In this document: one piece after another, positions 1 to 8,683 of the stretch
Position numbering within the stretch: the first letter of the stretch is position 1
How the letters are laid out: every line of letters starts with the position of its first letter
Source of the DNA: an uncultured virus (IMG/VR IMGVR_UViG_3300031853_000024)
Lineage: Duplodnaviria > Heunggongvirae > Uroviricota > Caudoviricetes > Schitoviridae
DNA length: 20,000 nt
Reading direction: 5' to 3' (one strand)
IMG/VR virus record: IMGVR_UViG_3300031853_000024
Position numbers and translations under genes: made by a program
The notes under the pieces: model-generated
What the model was told of the DNA's origin: nothing
Seen by the model: only the letters and a program-made list of their open reading frames with translations
Databases searched by the model: none

Positions 1-219
1 AGTTATTTATCAGGTTCAAAAGAATTTTCATTAAAAGAGTTTCTAATTAAAGGAATATCATCAGGCTTTACAGGCTATCTCATTTATCAATTATGCTTAT
101 ATGCTGCATTACCTGCATCAATGACTGCATTCTTATGTGGTACATTTGGATATGTAGGTAGTGAAGTAACTATAAACTTATTGAAAAGAATGATAATCAA
201 GAAAATAAATTCCATATAA
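1..219 (+). CDS. Holin, LydA-like family (3' part, truncated by the window edge)
   Basis: My frame-1 translation is SYLSGSKEFSLKEFLIKGISSGFTGYLIYQLCLYAALPASMTAFLCGTFGYVGSEVTINLLKRMIIKKINSI*. It has two Gly-rich hydrophobic helices (SGFTG; GTFGYVG) and a basic C-tail, the pattern of LydA-type holins. Not in the ORF track. Confidence 0.65.
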   Translation, partial: SYLSGSKEFSLKEFLIKGISSGFTGYLIYQLCLYAALPASMTAFLCGTFGYVGSEVTINLLKRMIIKKINSI

Positions 220-241
220 TTTTCCTTAAAAAAATGTAATC

Positions 242-274
242 AAAAGCTCTCAGTAATGGGAGCTTTTATTTTTT
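242..274 (+). terminator. Rho-independent terminator after the holin
   Basis: AAAAGCTCTCA-GTAA-TGGGAGCTTTT stem (one G-U pair) with a GNRA loop, followed by ATTTTTT. Confidence 0.85.
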
Positions 275-278
275 AGGG

Positions 279-291
279 GTCCCTACGGGAC
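279..291 (+). promoter_or_regulatory. Hairpin promoter candidate (N4 vRNAP type), copy 1
   Basis: GTCCC-TAC-GGGAC, a perfect 5-bp stem. The template strand reads C-GTA-G. It sits between a terminator and the first gene of an operon. Confidence 0.7.
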
Positions 292-337
292 TTAATGGTT
301 TTTATTTATTTATTTTAATTTAAATTTGGAGTTAATC

Positions 338-985
338 ATGACAACAATTACATTAATTAGTGGTGGTGCTTTAGGTGCAGATAGTGTTTGGTCTTATATT
401 GCTGAAAAGCATGGTATTAAGACTATTCATCTTATTGGTTCAGGTCTATCTAGACCTACAGGTGGTCTTGATGACAATAGAATTAAAGAACAAAGAAGTG
501 GAATTAACCAAGCAATAACCTATGAGCAAACTGCAGAAGCTATTAAAGGTTTAATAGCTAATAATTGTTTTGTTAGTGGTAAACCTGCTAAGGAGTACTT
601 TAAAGGTGAATTAACTACAGCTCAAAAGTTACATGCTAGGAATTATTGGCAGGTAATGAACGGACAACAAGTACTAGCTGTATGTAATATTGTTAATGGC
701 AAACCTACAGGAGGTACTGCTACAGCAGTTAATTTAGCTATTAAGTTGAATAAACCAACATATATACTAAATACTCAAGACCAAGAATGGTATGAGTATA
801 ATGGTACTAAATTTGTTCCATGTGATACACCAAAATTAAAGATAAAAAATACTTGTATTGGTTCTAGAAGTCTAGTTAAATATAAGGTTTGTAAATATGG
901 TAAATGGGTATATGCACCTTATGTAGGTGAAACCATTGAAAATAAACTTAGAGCTAAAATGGAAGAAGTATTTAATGGAATATAA
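338..985 (+). CDS. SLOG/DprA-Smf superfamily (MoCo-carrier/YspA-like) nucleotide-binding protein
   Basis: Motifs SGGALGAD, ARN, GGTATAV..A..LNKP and IGSR. Start moved to ATG 338, which follows a GGAG Shine-Dalgarno. Confidence 0.7.
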   Translation: MTTITLISGGALGADSVWSYIAEKHGIKTIHLIGSGLSRPTGGLDDNRIKEQRSGINQAITYEQTAEAIKGLIANNCFVSGKPAKEYFKGELTTAQKLHARNYWQVMNGQQVLAVCNIVNGKPTGGTATAVNLAIKLNKPTYILNTQDQEWYEYNGTKFVPCDTPKLKIKNTCIGSRSLVKYKVCKYGKWVYAPYVGETIENKLRAKMEEVFNGI

Positions 986-1295
986 AGCTGATATTTATTT
1001 GGTTTTACCGGAACAAGACTATATTACTTATCAATGGTTTGGACTAAAACCAAATGTTCAATTTTTATATGAAAATCAATTAGGTAGAAATACTGTATTA
1101 CTTAGTTGGAAAGGGATTGATACTTATAGTGATTATGGTGATGATATTCTTGCTGCTATTAAGCAATATAGAACCAAACATAATGACTATGAATATATGT
1201 TCTTAGGTGAAGATGTAGATAACATCAAACACTACTTAGGAGAAAATACCATAGGGGTATTAAAGGTAGAAAGAACAGTAAAGATTTGTGCATGA
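975..1295 (+). CDS. Hypothetical protein
   Basis: ORF track 927..1295. The in-frame ATG at 975 is more likely because it overlaps the end of the upstream gene. Confidence 0.65.
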   Translation: MEYKADIYLVLPEQDYITYQWFGLKPNVQFLYENQLGRNTVLLSWKGIDTYSDYGDDILAAIKQYRTKHNDYEYMFLGEDVDNIKHYLGENTIGVLKVERTVKICA

Positions 1296-1322
1296 AATTA
1301 ACTCCTATATTACATGCTAACC

Positions 1323-1352
1323 AAAGCCCTAGTAATAGGGCTTTTTATTTTT
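1323..1352 (+). terminator. Rho-independent terminator
   Basis: AAAGCCCTA-GTAA-TAGGGCTTT perfect stem with a GNRA loop, followed by a T-rich tract. Confidence 0.85.
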
Positions 1353-1364
1353 AAGGATATTATT

Positions 1365-1697
1365 ATGAAATTTGTTAAATTTAATTTTAGAGAACTATTT
1401 AAACAAGCAGTAATCGAAGAAGTATTCCAAATTAGAAATAGAAAATTATTAAGTCATAGAATATATGAATTAAATGAAGATACAAGTCAAATTCAGTGGT
1501 TTATTATTGAATTGGTATATGAAAGAAAGGGTATTGTATTTCCTGTTATGGTTACATTCTTTAAATATGCAGGTTGTAATCAAGTAAAAATGAAATTAAA
1601 AGAATTTATGTCATATAGTAATAAACCATTACCTAAAACAACAATAGAAAAAATTGAAACCATGTTTAAATTACTTGGTTTAGATATTGTAAGATAA
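1365..1697 (+). CDS. Hypothetical protein; possible outlying member of the 'YxxILG' paralog family
   Basis: Start moved to ATG 1365, after an AAGGA SD and downstream of the terminator. C-terminus IETMFKLLGLDIVR resembles the array motif. Confidence 0.65.
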   Translation: MKFVKFNFRELFKQAVIEEVFQIRNRKLLSHRIYELNEDTSQIQWFIIELVYERKGIVFPVMVTFFKYAGCNQVKMKLKEFMSYSNKPLPKTTIEKIETMFKLLGLDIVR

Positions 1698-1733
1698 AGT
1701 TCAGAAATTTATTATAGATTATGGAGTATTAAC

Positions 1734-2030
1734 ATGAAAACCAATTTAAACAAAGATGCTTATGCCAAACAATTATATGAAGTAGACCAAGACATAATAG
1801 CTTTTACCTTTGCTAAAAGTAAATATGAAGAAAAACTACTTAAAGCTAAAATGGAGAATGCTAAACCAAGTATAATTCAAGGTTTTAAGAACTATAAAGT
1901 ACGTAATGAGAGAGCTATTATGTACGCTAAAGAGTATAAGAAACAATTAAATCTACAGTATCAAAAATACATAGAAGATTGGAAAAAAGAATTGATGGAG
2001 AAAACTAATGAAAACAATACAACCAGTTAG
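1734..2030 (+). CDS. Hypothetical helical/coiled-coil protein
   Basis: ORF with a GGAG SD; Lys/Glu-rich. Confidence 0.65.
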   Translation: MKTNLNKDAYAKQLYEVDQDIIAFTFAKSKYEEKLLKAKMENAKPSIIQGFKNYKVRNERAIMYAKEYKKQLNLQYQKYIEDWKKELMEKTNENNTTS

Positions 2031-2337
2031 TATTATGGAATCCGAATGGTTCAGATATTATCAATTATATAATTCATTATTAAAATGGGCTGAACAAGGA
2101 TTAACAGTAAAAAATTTTAAAGATGATATGACACAATTTTTTAAAGATATAGAACCAATGAAAAAAGAATGTAAATATGATTATCTTGAACAACGTATTC
2201 TTTATGCTACATTTTTAGAAATGTGTGATAAATCATTAGTACCTGATGATACTCAACTAACTAAATTAGTTAACTATATCAAAATATTAGTAGATAATAC
2301 TTTAGATGAAATCGTAGTATGGAGTGAAGAAGAATGA
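2008..2337 (+). CDS. Hypothetical protein
   Basis: ORF with a GGAG SD; overlaps its neighbours (translational coupling). Confidence 0.65.
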   Translation: MKTIQPVSIMESEWFRYYQLYNSLLKWAEQGLTVKNFKDDMTQFFKDIEPMKKECKYDYLEQRILYATFLEMCDKSLVPDDTQLTKLVNYIKILVDNTLDEIVVWSEEE

Positions 2338-2606
2338 AAAATAAATATGTACCATTTGAAACATTAAATGATTTGAGGGATTATAAAATACATATAGGAG
2401 ATCCTATTGTATTCTTTAATAAAAAATATCCTGAAATACGTTATTCTACTATAGTAACTGAAATTCAATTTGATAATGATAATTTTACTGTTATAAACAT
2501 TACATTAGGTACTACTGCTTATAGTTTAGAAACTTTATGTGATAATTATATTTGGCATTGTCGTAATAATGAATGGGTTCCATTTGGTAAGAAGGTAGAA
2601 GAATGA
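2334..2606 (+). CDS. Hypothetical protein
   Basis: ATGA start/stop overlap with the upstream gene; ends in WVPFGKK. Confidence 0.65.
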   Translation: MKNKYVPFETLNDLRDYKIHIGDPIVFFNKKYPEIRYSTIVTEIQFDNDNFTVINITLGTTAYSLETLCDNYIWHCRNNEWVPFGKKVEE

Positions 2607-2830
2607 GCGACTTACAAAAGATGAAAGATGATAAGTTAAACTTATTCATTGAACACATTGAAAAGGAACTAGAGAATCTTGAATTTAAATTACAGGTAAG
2701 TTCTATATCAGGTTTTTCTCTTGAAACTGAAAGTTGGGATAAATACCATTATTACTTAACTGTATTACTTCAAGTAGCTAAAGAAGAAAAGAAAAAGAGA
2801 ACCAAAAGGGTAAAACATGAAAGTAAATGA
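2603..2830 (+). CDS. Hypothetical protein
   Basis: ATGA overlap; AAGG SD. Confidence 0.6.
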   Translation: MSDLQKMKDDKLNLFIEHIEKELENLEFKLQVSSISGFSLETESWDKYHYYLTVLLQVAKEEKKKRTKRVKHESK

Positions 2831-3032
2831 ATTAATTGCTAGGTTACAGCAACTAGTTAATACTGAACCAGATTTAAGCGAAGTAGATATTAAATTAGAG
2901 ACTGAACCAACATATAAGAACTCAATAGAGTCAGATATAGATAATGTATGGATACATGAATGGTATGACTCTAAAACCAAGAAAAAATATAAGACTGTAA
3001 TACTAGTGGAGAAACGAGATGATAATTCCTGA
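2817..3032 (+). CDS. Hypothetical protein (MKVxELIxxL N-terminus typical of small phage proteins)
   Basis: ORF track; coupled to its neighbours. Confidence 0.65.
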   Translation: MKVNELIARLQQLVNTEPDLSEVDIKLETEPTYKNSIESDIDNVWIHEWYDSKTKKKYKTVILVEKRDDNS

Positions 3033-3267
3033 ATATATTATTGTAATGACTTGGATTTTAGTAGCTATAGTTATCTTATCAATAATTGCAGCCATTCTCT
3101 TTAGATTATATATACTGTTCTTATTTAATGAAAAAGAAGAATTAAGAAATAAAGCATATGATATTCAAAATCAGATTTACTTTGCTAAAAATGAGTTAAA
3201 TGACCTTAAAAAAGAAATAGAAACTCTTAGAAAAGAAAAGAATTTATGGGAAAATAAAAATGCATAA
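3019..3267 (+). CDS. Small membrane protein with a C-terminal coiled coil
   Basis: About 30-aa hydrophobic N-terminus followed by a heptad-like charged helix; GGAG SD. Confidence 0.65.
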   Translation: MIIPEYIIVMTWILVAIVILSIIAAILFRLYILFLFNEKEELRNKAYDIQNQIYFAKNELNDLKKEIETLRKEKNLWENKNA

Positions 3268-3481
3268 AATTCAAAGATTAGGCTTTACTAAAATAGGTGA
3301 TGGTAGAGGTACTGCTTTACTAGAACCTATCCATACAACAAATCCAAAAGGTAATGATATAGTGTATTTACCTGTATTTAAAAATAAAAAAGTAGATTTT
3401 ATAAAAATAAACTCAAAGCAAGATTTATTTGTTTGGTTTAGACTAGCATTTCCTAATGCTGTAATGCCTAAAGAAGAATAG
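3260..3481 (+). CDS. Hypothetical protein
   Basis: ORF track; last gene before a terminator. Confidence 0.6.
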   Translation: MHKIQRLGFTKIGDGRGTALLEPIHTTNPKGNDIVYLPVFKNKKVDFIKINSKQDLFVWFRLAFPNAVMPKEE

Positions 3482-3536
3482 TATTATTTATTTTTGGTTT
3501 AATTTATAAAGTATTAAACACCCCTATATATTGTTT

Positions 3537-3575
3537 CACTCGATAGTTATAACTGACTACCGAGTGTTTTTTTTT
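3537..3575 (+). terminator. Rho-independent terminator
   Basis: CACTCG-A-TAGTTA-TAAC-TGACTA-C-CGAGTG hairpin followed by nine T. Confidence 0.75.
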
Positions 3576-3588
3576 GCCCCTACGGGGC
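3576..3588 (+). promoter_or_regulatory. Hairpin promoter candidate (N4 vRNAP type), copy 2
   Basis: GCCCC-TAC-GGGGC directly after a terminator and about 30 nt before the helicase ATG. Confidence 0.7.
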
Positions 3589-3617
3589 GTAAGAGAATTT
3601 TTTATAGGAGCTAATTT

Positions 3618-4784
3618 ATGTTAACCAAGTCACAACAAATTGCTATTGATGAAATTAAAGAATTTATTAAGAATGATATGACTGTACATTGTTTATCAGG
3701 TTCACCAGGTACAGGTAAATCATATTTGATTGAGACAGAAATCCCCAAGTTATTAAGAAATACCCCATATTTTTTAGTAACAACAGCTACAACTAATAAG
3801 GCTGCAGCAGTTATTCATGGAGTAACTTTATGCAAAGCTTTTGGTATTAGCCTGAAAGCTGATATGGACACAGGAGTACAGGATTATAATCTCAGCAGAT
3901 TAAAGACTATGCTTAATCAATTCATCATCATAGATGAGGCATCTATGTTAGATGGTAAATTATGGCAAATAGTTCAAGAATCCAGTGTTAACTGCAAGTT
4001 TTTATTAGTAGGTGATAAATACCAGTTACCACCTGTCAAAAGCACATTTAATCCTTTTAGTGAATATCCTATTAGTGAATTAACAGAAGTAGTAAGACAG
4101 AAAGACCCTGATTTTTTAAATGAAATTAAACAGGCAAAGCAGGGTGTAATAGACTCTGAAGTATATAAACCAAAAGAGAATAAGTGCATTCACTATCTTA
4201 AAACAAATAAGGAAGTGAGAGATTTATTAGCTAGTTTTACTAATGAAGACAAAGCATTAGCTTATACTAATGATAAATCAGTTGATTTAGCTTATACCAT
4301 TCGTAAATTACAGAACAAAAGTACTGATTTCTGTATTGGTGATCCTGTAGCACCAAAGAATTATTGTGAAGATAGTCAAGGTTGTTCAGTACAGACAGGA
4401 GAGGATTTAATAGTATCTGCAATAGGTAAGAAACAGAATATCAAAATTGATACATATGATATTGAAGTAAGACCATTCAATTTTATTGGTACTAGTGGAA
4501 CATTCTTGGTTCCAACTAATTATAAATATGCTCTCATTGTAGCTAAAGAAATGGCTAAGAAAAAGAAATGGAGAGAATATTACAGAATTAAAGAAGGTTT
4601 ATTAGATTTAAGATTTAATGAGGCTAGTACTATTCATTGTTCGCAAGGTAGTACATATAACAGAGTATTCATTCATATGACCGATTTGCTTACCTGTAAA
4701 GCATACAGCACTAAAGCTAGACTGCTATATGTAGCTTTATCCAGAGCCAAGAATGATGTGTATATTTATGAGGGAGACAGATAA
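3618..4784 (+). CDS. SF1B DNA helicase, Dda/RecD-like
   Basis: Walker A GSPGTGKS, Walker B IIDEASM, GDKYQLPPV, TIHCSQGST and LLYVALSRA motifs; AGGAG SD. Confidence 0.93.
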   Translation: MLTKSQQIAIDEIKEFIKNDMTVHCLSGSPGTGKSYLIETEIPKLLRNTPYFLVTTATTNKAAAVIHGVTLCKAFGISLKADMDTGVQDYNLSRLKTMLNQFIIIDEASMLDGKLWQIVQESSVNCKFLLVGDKYQLPPVKSTFNPFSEYPISELTEVVRQKDPDFLNEIKQAKQGVIDSEVYKPKENKCIHYLKTNKEVRDLLASFTNEDKALAYTNDKSVDLAYTIRKLQNKSTDFCIGDPVAPKNYCEDSQGCSVQTGEDLIVSAIGKKQNIKIDTYDIEVRPFNFIGTSGTFLVPTNYKYALIVAKEMAKKKKWREYYRIKEGLLDLRFNEASTIHCSQGSTYNRVFIHMTDLLTCKAYSTKARLLYVALSRAKNDVYIYEGDR

Positions 4785-5188
4785 TGAAAGAGTACCAATT
4801 ATGGTTTTTTAATATGCTGCAAAACAAGCAGCAGGATATTATCCACACTATGTATAAAGATTTTGATGAAAGATTATATACATGGCAGGCTTATCATAAT
4901 AATATATTTGATATGCCTGAAATACTTAAACATATACAACAAGTATTAGAAGAGTGGAAGAATAAATTTCTAACTAAATCATCGGTATTCTTTACTGATG
5001 AAACGCCAGAGGCAGCATTAAATAAACATTTAGAATATTTAGATATATTTCTTGAAGGAATAAAAAATCAAAAAGAAGTTGAATTATCAGAAGATTTAAA
5101 AGAAGTATTTAACGAAGCTCTAGGAATAAAACTAGAGCTTTCTTTTTGTTTACCTTCAAGAGAGGATATATTAAATGGTAGTGTGTAA
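4784..5188 (+). CDS. Hypothetical protein between helicase and polymerase
   Basis: TAATG overlap with the helicase stop; GGAG SD. Confidence 0.7.
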   Translation: MKEYQLWFFNMLQNKQQDIIHTMYKDFDERLYTWQAYHNNIFDMPEILKHIQQVLEEWKNKFLTKSSVFFTDETPEAALNKHLEYLDIFLEGIKNQKEVELSEDLKEVFNEALGIKLELSFCLPSREDILNGSV

Positions 5189-7724
5189 CGGACAACCAAT
5201 AAAACTAATCTTAATTAAACCAAATTGTTTAATTGAAGATAAGTTGGTTAAGTACTATGGTGGTGATTTTACAGCTATAGGAACACCTAGTAATGGACCC
5301 GATAGAAAAACATTTAAAGCTGATTTAAAGATAATGATACCTGCTACTACTAAGTGCATTATATGTGCTGATGTAGATATGTTTAAATCATTAACTAAGA
5401 TGAAAAAAACAGGTAACTTAGATGGTGTACCTGTTGATACTGAATTAGGTATTCCTGCATTCATAATGCCTAATTACAACAGTATATTCTATAATCCTGA
5501 AGAGGCTCAAAGCAGAATGGATTATATCAATGAGCATATTAATGATTATCTTAATGGTTCATATAAAGTAATAGGAGATAACATTATTCATTCTTCTGAA
5601 TATCCTACCAATATTATGGAAGTGAATATGTTTCTTAAAAAGCTGTATCAATATGATAAGATAACAGTGGATATTGAAACAGCTAGTAACCATTTTATAG
5701 AACTACCACCTAAAGAAGAAGAACAGTTTGGTAGTGGATTACACCATTTCTCTAATAGGTTATATTCTATTGGTTTTGCTTGGGATAAACATAATGGTGG
5801 AGCATTTATATATGATGATTCTTATAGAGATTTATTAAAACAATTCTTTATAAGTTATTCAGGTAGATTAATATTCCATAATGCATCATTTGATATAACA
5901 CAGCTTATATATCATTTATTTATGAATGATTTAGAAGATTATCCTAATATGCTAGAAGGATTGCATTGTATGTGTGATAAAACAGATGATACATACTTAA
6001 TGTCCTATCTAGCACTTAATTCATGTTCATCACCTTCATTAAGTCTTAAATCATTAGCTTATGAGTATTCAGGTAATTATGCAGAAGATGTATCTGATGT
6101 AACTAAAGTACCTGTTCATAATCTTTTGGTTTATAACTTAAAAGATGTTTTATCTACTTGGTTTGTATATGAGAAATACTACCCTAAAATGATAGAAGAT
6201 GAACAGGAAACTATTTATAAGGATTTATTTCTACCTAGTCTTAAAACATTAATACAAACTCAATTAGTTGGTTTTAGAATTAATGTTAATGCATTAGATA
6301 AATTAACTGCTGATTTAAATAAACAGTATGATGATTTAATTAATAAGTTAATGCAATATCCTGAAATTAAACAGGTAGAACATATCTTAAACCAAAGAGA
6401 ATTAATTAAATGGAACAGTGATAGCAAACATAAGAAAGTAAAAACTATTAAAGATTTTAATAAAACCTTTAATCCAGGTAGTACTAATCATGTAGCTATA
6501 TTGTTATATGATATTCTTAAAATACCTGTTATTGAATTAACTGAAGGCGGTCAACCTTCATGTTCATCTAAGACTTTAAAGAAATTGATAAATAGAATTA
6601 CTGACCAAAGATTATTAGATATTCTTCAATTATTTATTGATATATCTGCTGTTGACCAAATATTAGTTCTATTTATTCCTGCATTTCAAAGAACACCTAC
6701 TATGAGTGATGGTACTAAAGGTTTATTTGGTTCATTCAATTTAGGTGGAACTAAAACAGGTAGATTATCTAGTTCTAAGCCAAATCTACAAAACTTACCT
6801 TCTACAGGTTCACCATATGCTAAACCTGTTAAAGATATATTTGTAGCACCTAAAGGATTTATATTTGTAGGTGCAGACCAAAGGAGTTTGGAAGATAGAA
6901 TCAGTGCATTAACTACTAGAGATCCAAATAAGATAAAGGTATATACAGAAGGATATGACGGACATTGTTTACGGTCTTATTCATATTTCCAAGAAAAAAT
7001 GCCTGATATTACTGAAGAAATAAATAAAGGTGAGAAATCAGAAGTAGAAATTATTAATTCTATTAAATCAAGATACCCTGAATTAAGACAGAAGTCTAAG
7101 AGTATTACTTTCTGCTTAACTTATAGTGGTACTAAATATGCTCTTATGCAGGAATGTGGATTATCAGAAGAAGATGCAATCCAAGCTGAATCAAGATACC
7201 ATGAACTGTATAAAGTATCAGACCAATGGGTTAAAGACCATGTAAATAAAGCTTGTAAAGAGGGTTATGTTACATGTGCTTTTGGTTTAAAATTAAGAAC
7301 ACCTTTAATTAAGAAAGCTATTATGGGAGATAAACATACATTGAAAGAGGCTAGAGCAGAGGCTAGAACAGCAGGTAATGCTTTAGGTCAATCATGGTGT
7401 TTACTTAATAATAGAAGTGCTAATGAAGTAATGCAAATAGTATGGAATAGTCCATATAAGTATGATGTATTACCTGTAGCAGAAATTCATGATGCTCTAT
7501 ATTTCTTTGTTAAAGATAATTTAGAGATATTATCTTGGTTTAATAAAATATTAATTAAAGCTATGGAATGGCAGGAAGATCCTATTATTGCTCATGATAA
7601 AGTTAAATTAGGTGGAGATTTGGAAGTATTCTATCCTACATGGGCTCATGGTATTGATATACCTAATGGAGCTTCTAAAGATGAAATTGTAGAGGTATTA
7701 CTAAATGAGAAGAATAACAAATGA
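5175..7724 (+). CDS. DNA polymerase, family A, with 3'-5' exonuclease (N4-like)
   Basis: Exo I DIET, Exo II HNASFD, Exo III YNLKD; TGRLSSSKPNLQNLP; motif A DQRSLEDR; motif B RQKSKSITFCLTY (Phe at the position equivalent to E. coli 762); motif C EIHDA. Confidence 0.95.
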   Translation: MVVCNGQPIKLILIKPNCLIEDKLVKYYGGDFTAIGTPSNGPDRKTFKADLKIMIPATTKCIICADVDMFKSLTKMKKTGNLDGVPVDTELGIPAFIMPNYNSIFYNPEEAQSRMDYINEHINDYLNGSYKVIGDNIIHSSEYPTNIMEVNMFLKKLYQYDKITVDIETASNHFIELPPKEEEQFGSGLHHFSNRLYSIGFAWDKHNGGAFIYDDSYRDLLKQFFISYSGRLIFHNASFDITQLIYHLFMNDLEDYPNMLEGLHCMCDKTDDTYLMSYLALNSCSSPSLSLKSLAYEYSGNYAEDVSDVTKVPVHNLLVYNLKDVLSTWFVYEKYYPKMIEDEQETIYKDLFLPSLKTLIQTQLVGFRINVNALDKLTADLNKQYDDLINKLMQYPEIKQVEHILNQRELIKWNSDSKHKKVKTIKDFNKTFNPGSTNHVAILLYDILKIPVIELTEGGQPSCSSKTLKKLINRITDQRLLDILQLFIDISAVDQILVLFIPAFQRTPTMSDGTKGLFGSFNLGGTKTGRLSSSKPNLQNLPSTGSPYAKPVKDIFVAPKGFIFVGADQRSLEDRISALTTRDPNKIKVYTEGYDGHCLRSYSYFQEKMPDITEEINKGEKSEVEIINSIKSRYPELRQKSKSITFCLTYSGTKYALMQECGLSEEDAIQAESRYHELYKVSDQWVKDHVNKACKEGYVTCAFGLKLRTPLIKKAIMGDKHTLKEARAEARTAGNALGQSWCLLNNRSANEVMQIVWNSPYKYDVLPVAEIHDALYFFVKDNLEILSWFNKILIKAMEWQEDPIIAHDKVKLGGDLEVFYPTWAHGIDIPNGASKDEIVEVLLNEKNNK

Positions 7725-8682
7725 TTTAGGTATAGATAATATTATTGCTACTTGGCTTGCTAGTAATTCTTACAGCGGTAAGAAACAGGGTAAATGCATA
7801 TCTGCTACTACACTGTTAAGAAGTACGCAGCAACAGGTATTAGGTTATCGTTGTATGAATAGTGATGATTATGTAGAACAGGTAGATATAAGTACATTAC
7901 TTAAATCTCAAATAGGTACTGCTCTACATAAATCTATTCAAGATACATGGGAATCTAAAGGATTAAGAGAAAATGGATTACTTAATCTAGGTGTTTCACC
8001 TGAAAAGATAGCTAAGATTTGTGTTAATCCTGAGAATCCAAGTCCTGATAAATATAATCTATTCTTTGAAAAAAGAGTAGAGAAAGAATTTAAAGGTTGG
8101 ACTATTACAGGTCAATTTGATTTGGTTTGTAATGGTAATTTACATGATTTTAAATCTACTAGTACTTATACTTATGTAAATAAAACCAAAGAGAAAGATT
8201 ATATCTTACAGGGTAGTATTTATAGATGGTTAAATCCTGAATTAATTACAGGTGAGTTTATTACCATTCATTATATATTTACTGATTGGAATAAAAACTA
8301 TACACTAAGTAATCCTGACTACCCTAAGTGTCCTTTTGTAAGTGTTAAATTACCTTTAATGAGTATTACTGAAATTGAGACATTTATGAGTAATAAGATT
8401 ATGGGTATTGAGGCTTATCTTGAAGAAGAGAATCTACCTGAATGTGATGCTAAAACATTAATGATAGATGAGGTATGGCAATACTTTAGTTCTAATACTG
8501 CCCTACGGGCAAGCAAGAACTTTGATAGTCTTATTGAGGCTAATGCTTATTTACTATCTAAAGGTGGTAAAGGAGTAGTTAAAAAGAAAGCTTCTGAACC
8601 TAAGGGCTGCAGCTATTGTAACTGTAGAAATGTATGTAAGCAGTATAAACGATTTGTTAGTGAAGGTTTAATTAAGGAGTAA
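7705..8682 (+). CDS. PD-(D/E)XK exonuclease, Cas4/RecB-like
   Basis: GTALH, EKR, GQFD...DFKST, QxxIY motifs and a C-terminal CxxCxCxxxC cluster. Confidence 0.85.
   Translation: MRRITNDLGIDNIIATWLASNSYSGKKQGKCISATTLLRSTQQQVLGYRCMNSDDYVEQVDISTLLKSQIGTALHKSIQDTWESKGLRENGLLNLGVSPEKIAKICVNPENPSPDKYNLFFEKRVEKEFKGWTITGQFDLVCNGNLHDFKSTSTYTYVNKTKEKDYILQGSIYRWLNPELITGEFITIHYIFTDWNKNYTLSNPDYPKCPFVSVKLPLMSITEIETFMSNKIMGIEAYLEEENLPECDAKTLMIDEVWQYFSSNTALRASKNFDSLIEANAYLLSKGGKGVVKKKASEPKGCSYCNCRNVCKQYKRFVSEGLIKE
8499..8511 (+). promoter_or_regulatory. Intragenic hairpin promoter candidate, copy 3
   Basis: TGCCC-TAC-GGGCA inside the nuclease gene, about 170 nt upstream of the primase start. Confidence 0.55.
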
Positions 8683-8683
8683 T

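Noticed and set aside
1314..1364. N-terminal extension MLTKALVIGLFIFKDII of ORF 1314
   Set aside because: It is the translation of a terminator hairpin. The SD-supported start is 1365.
7705..8682. Cas4-like nuclease as evidence of a CRISPR-Cas system
   Set aside because: There is no repeat-spacer array and no other cas gene. Stand-alone Cas4-like nucleases are routine in phage replication modules.
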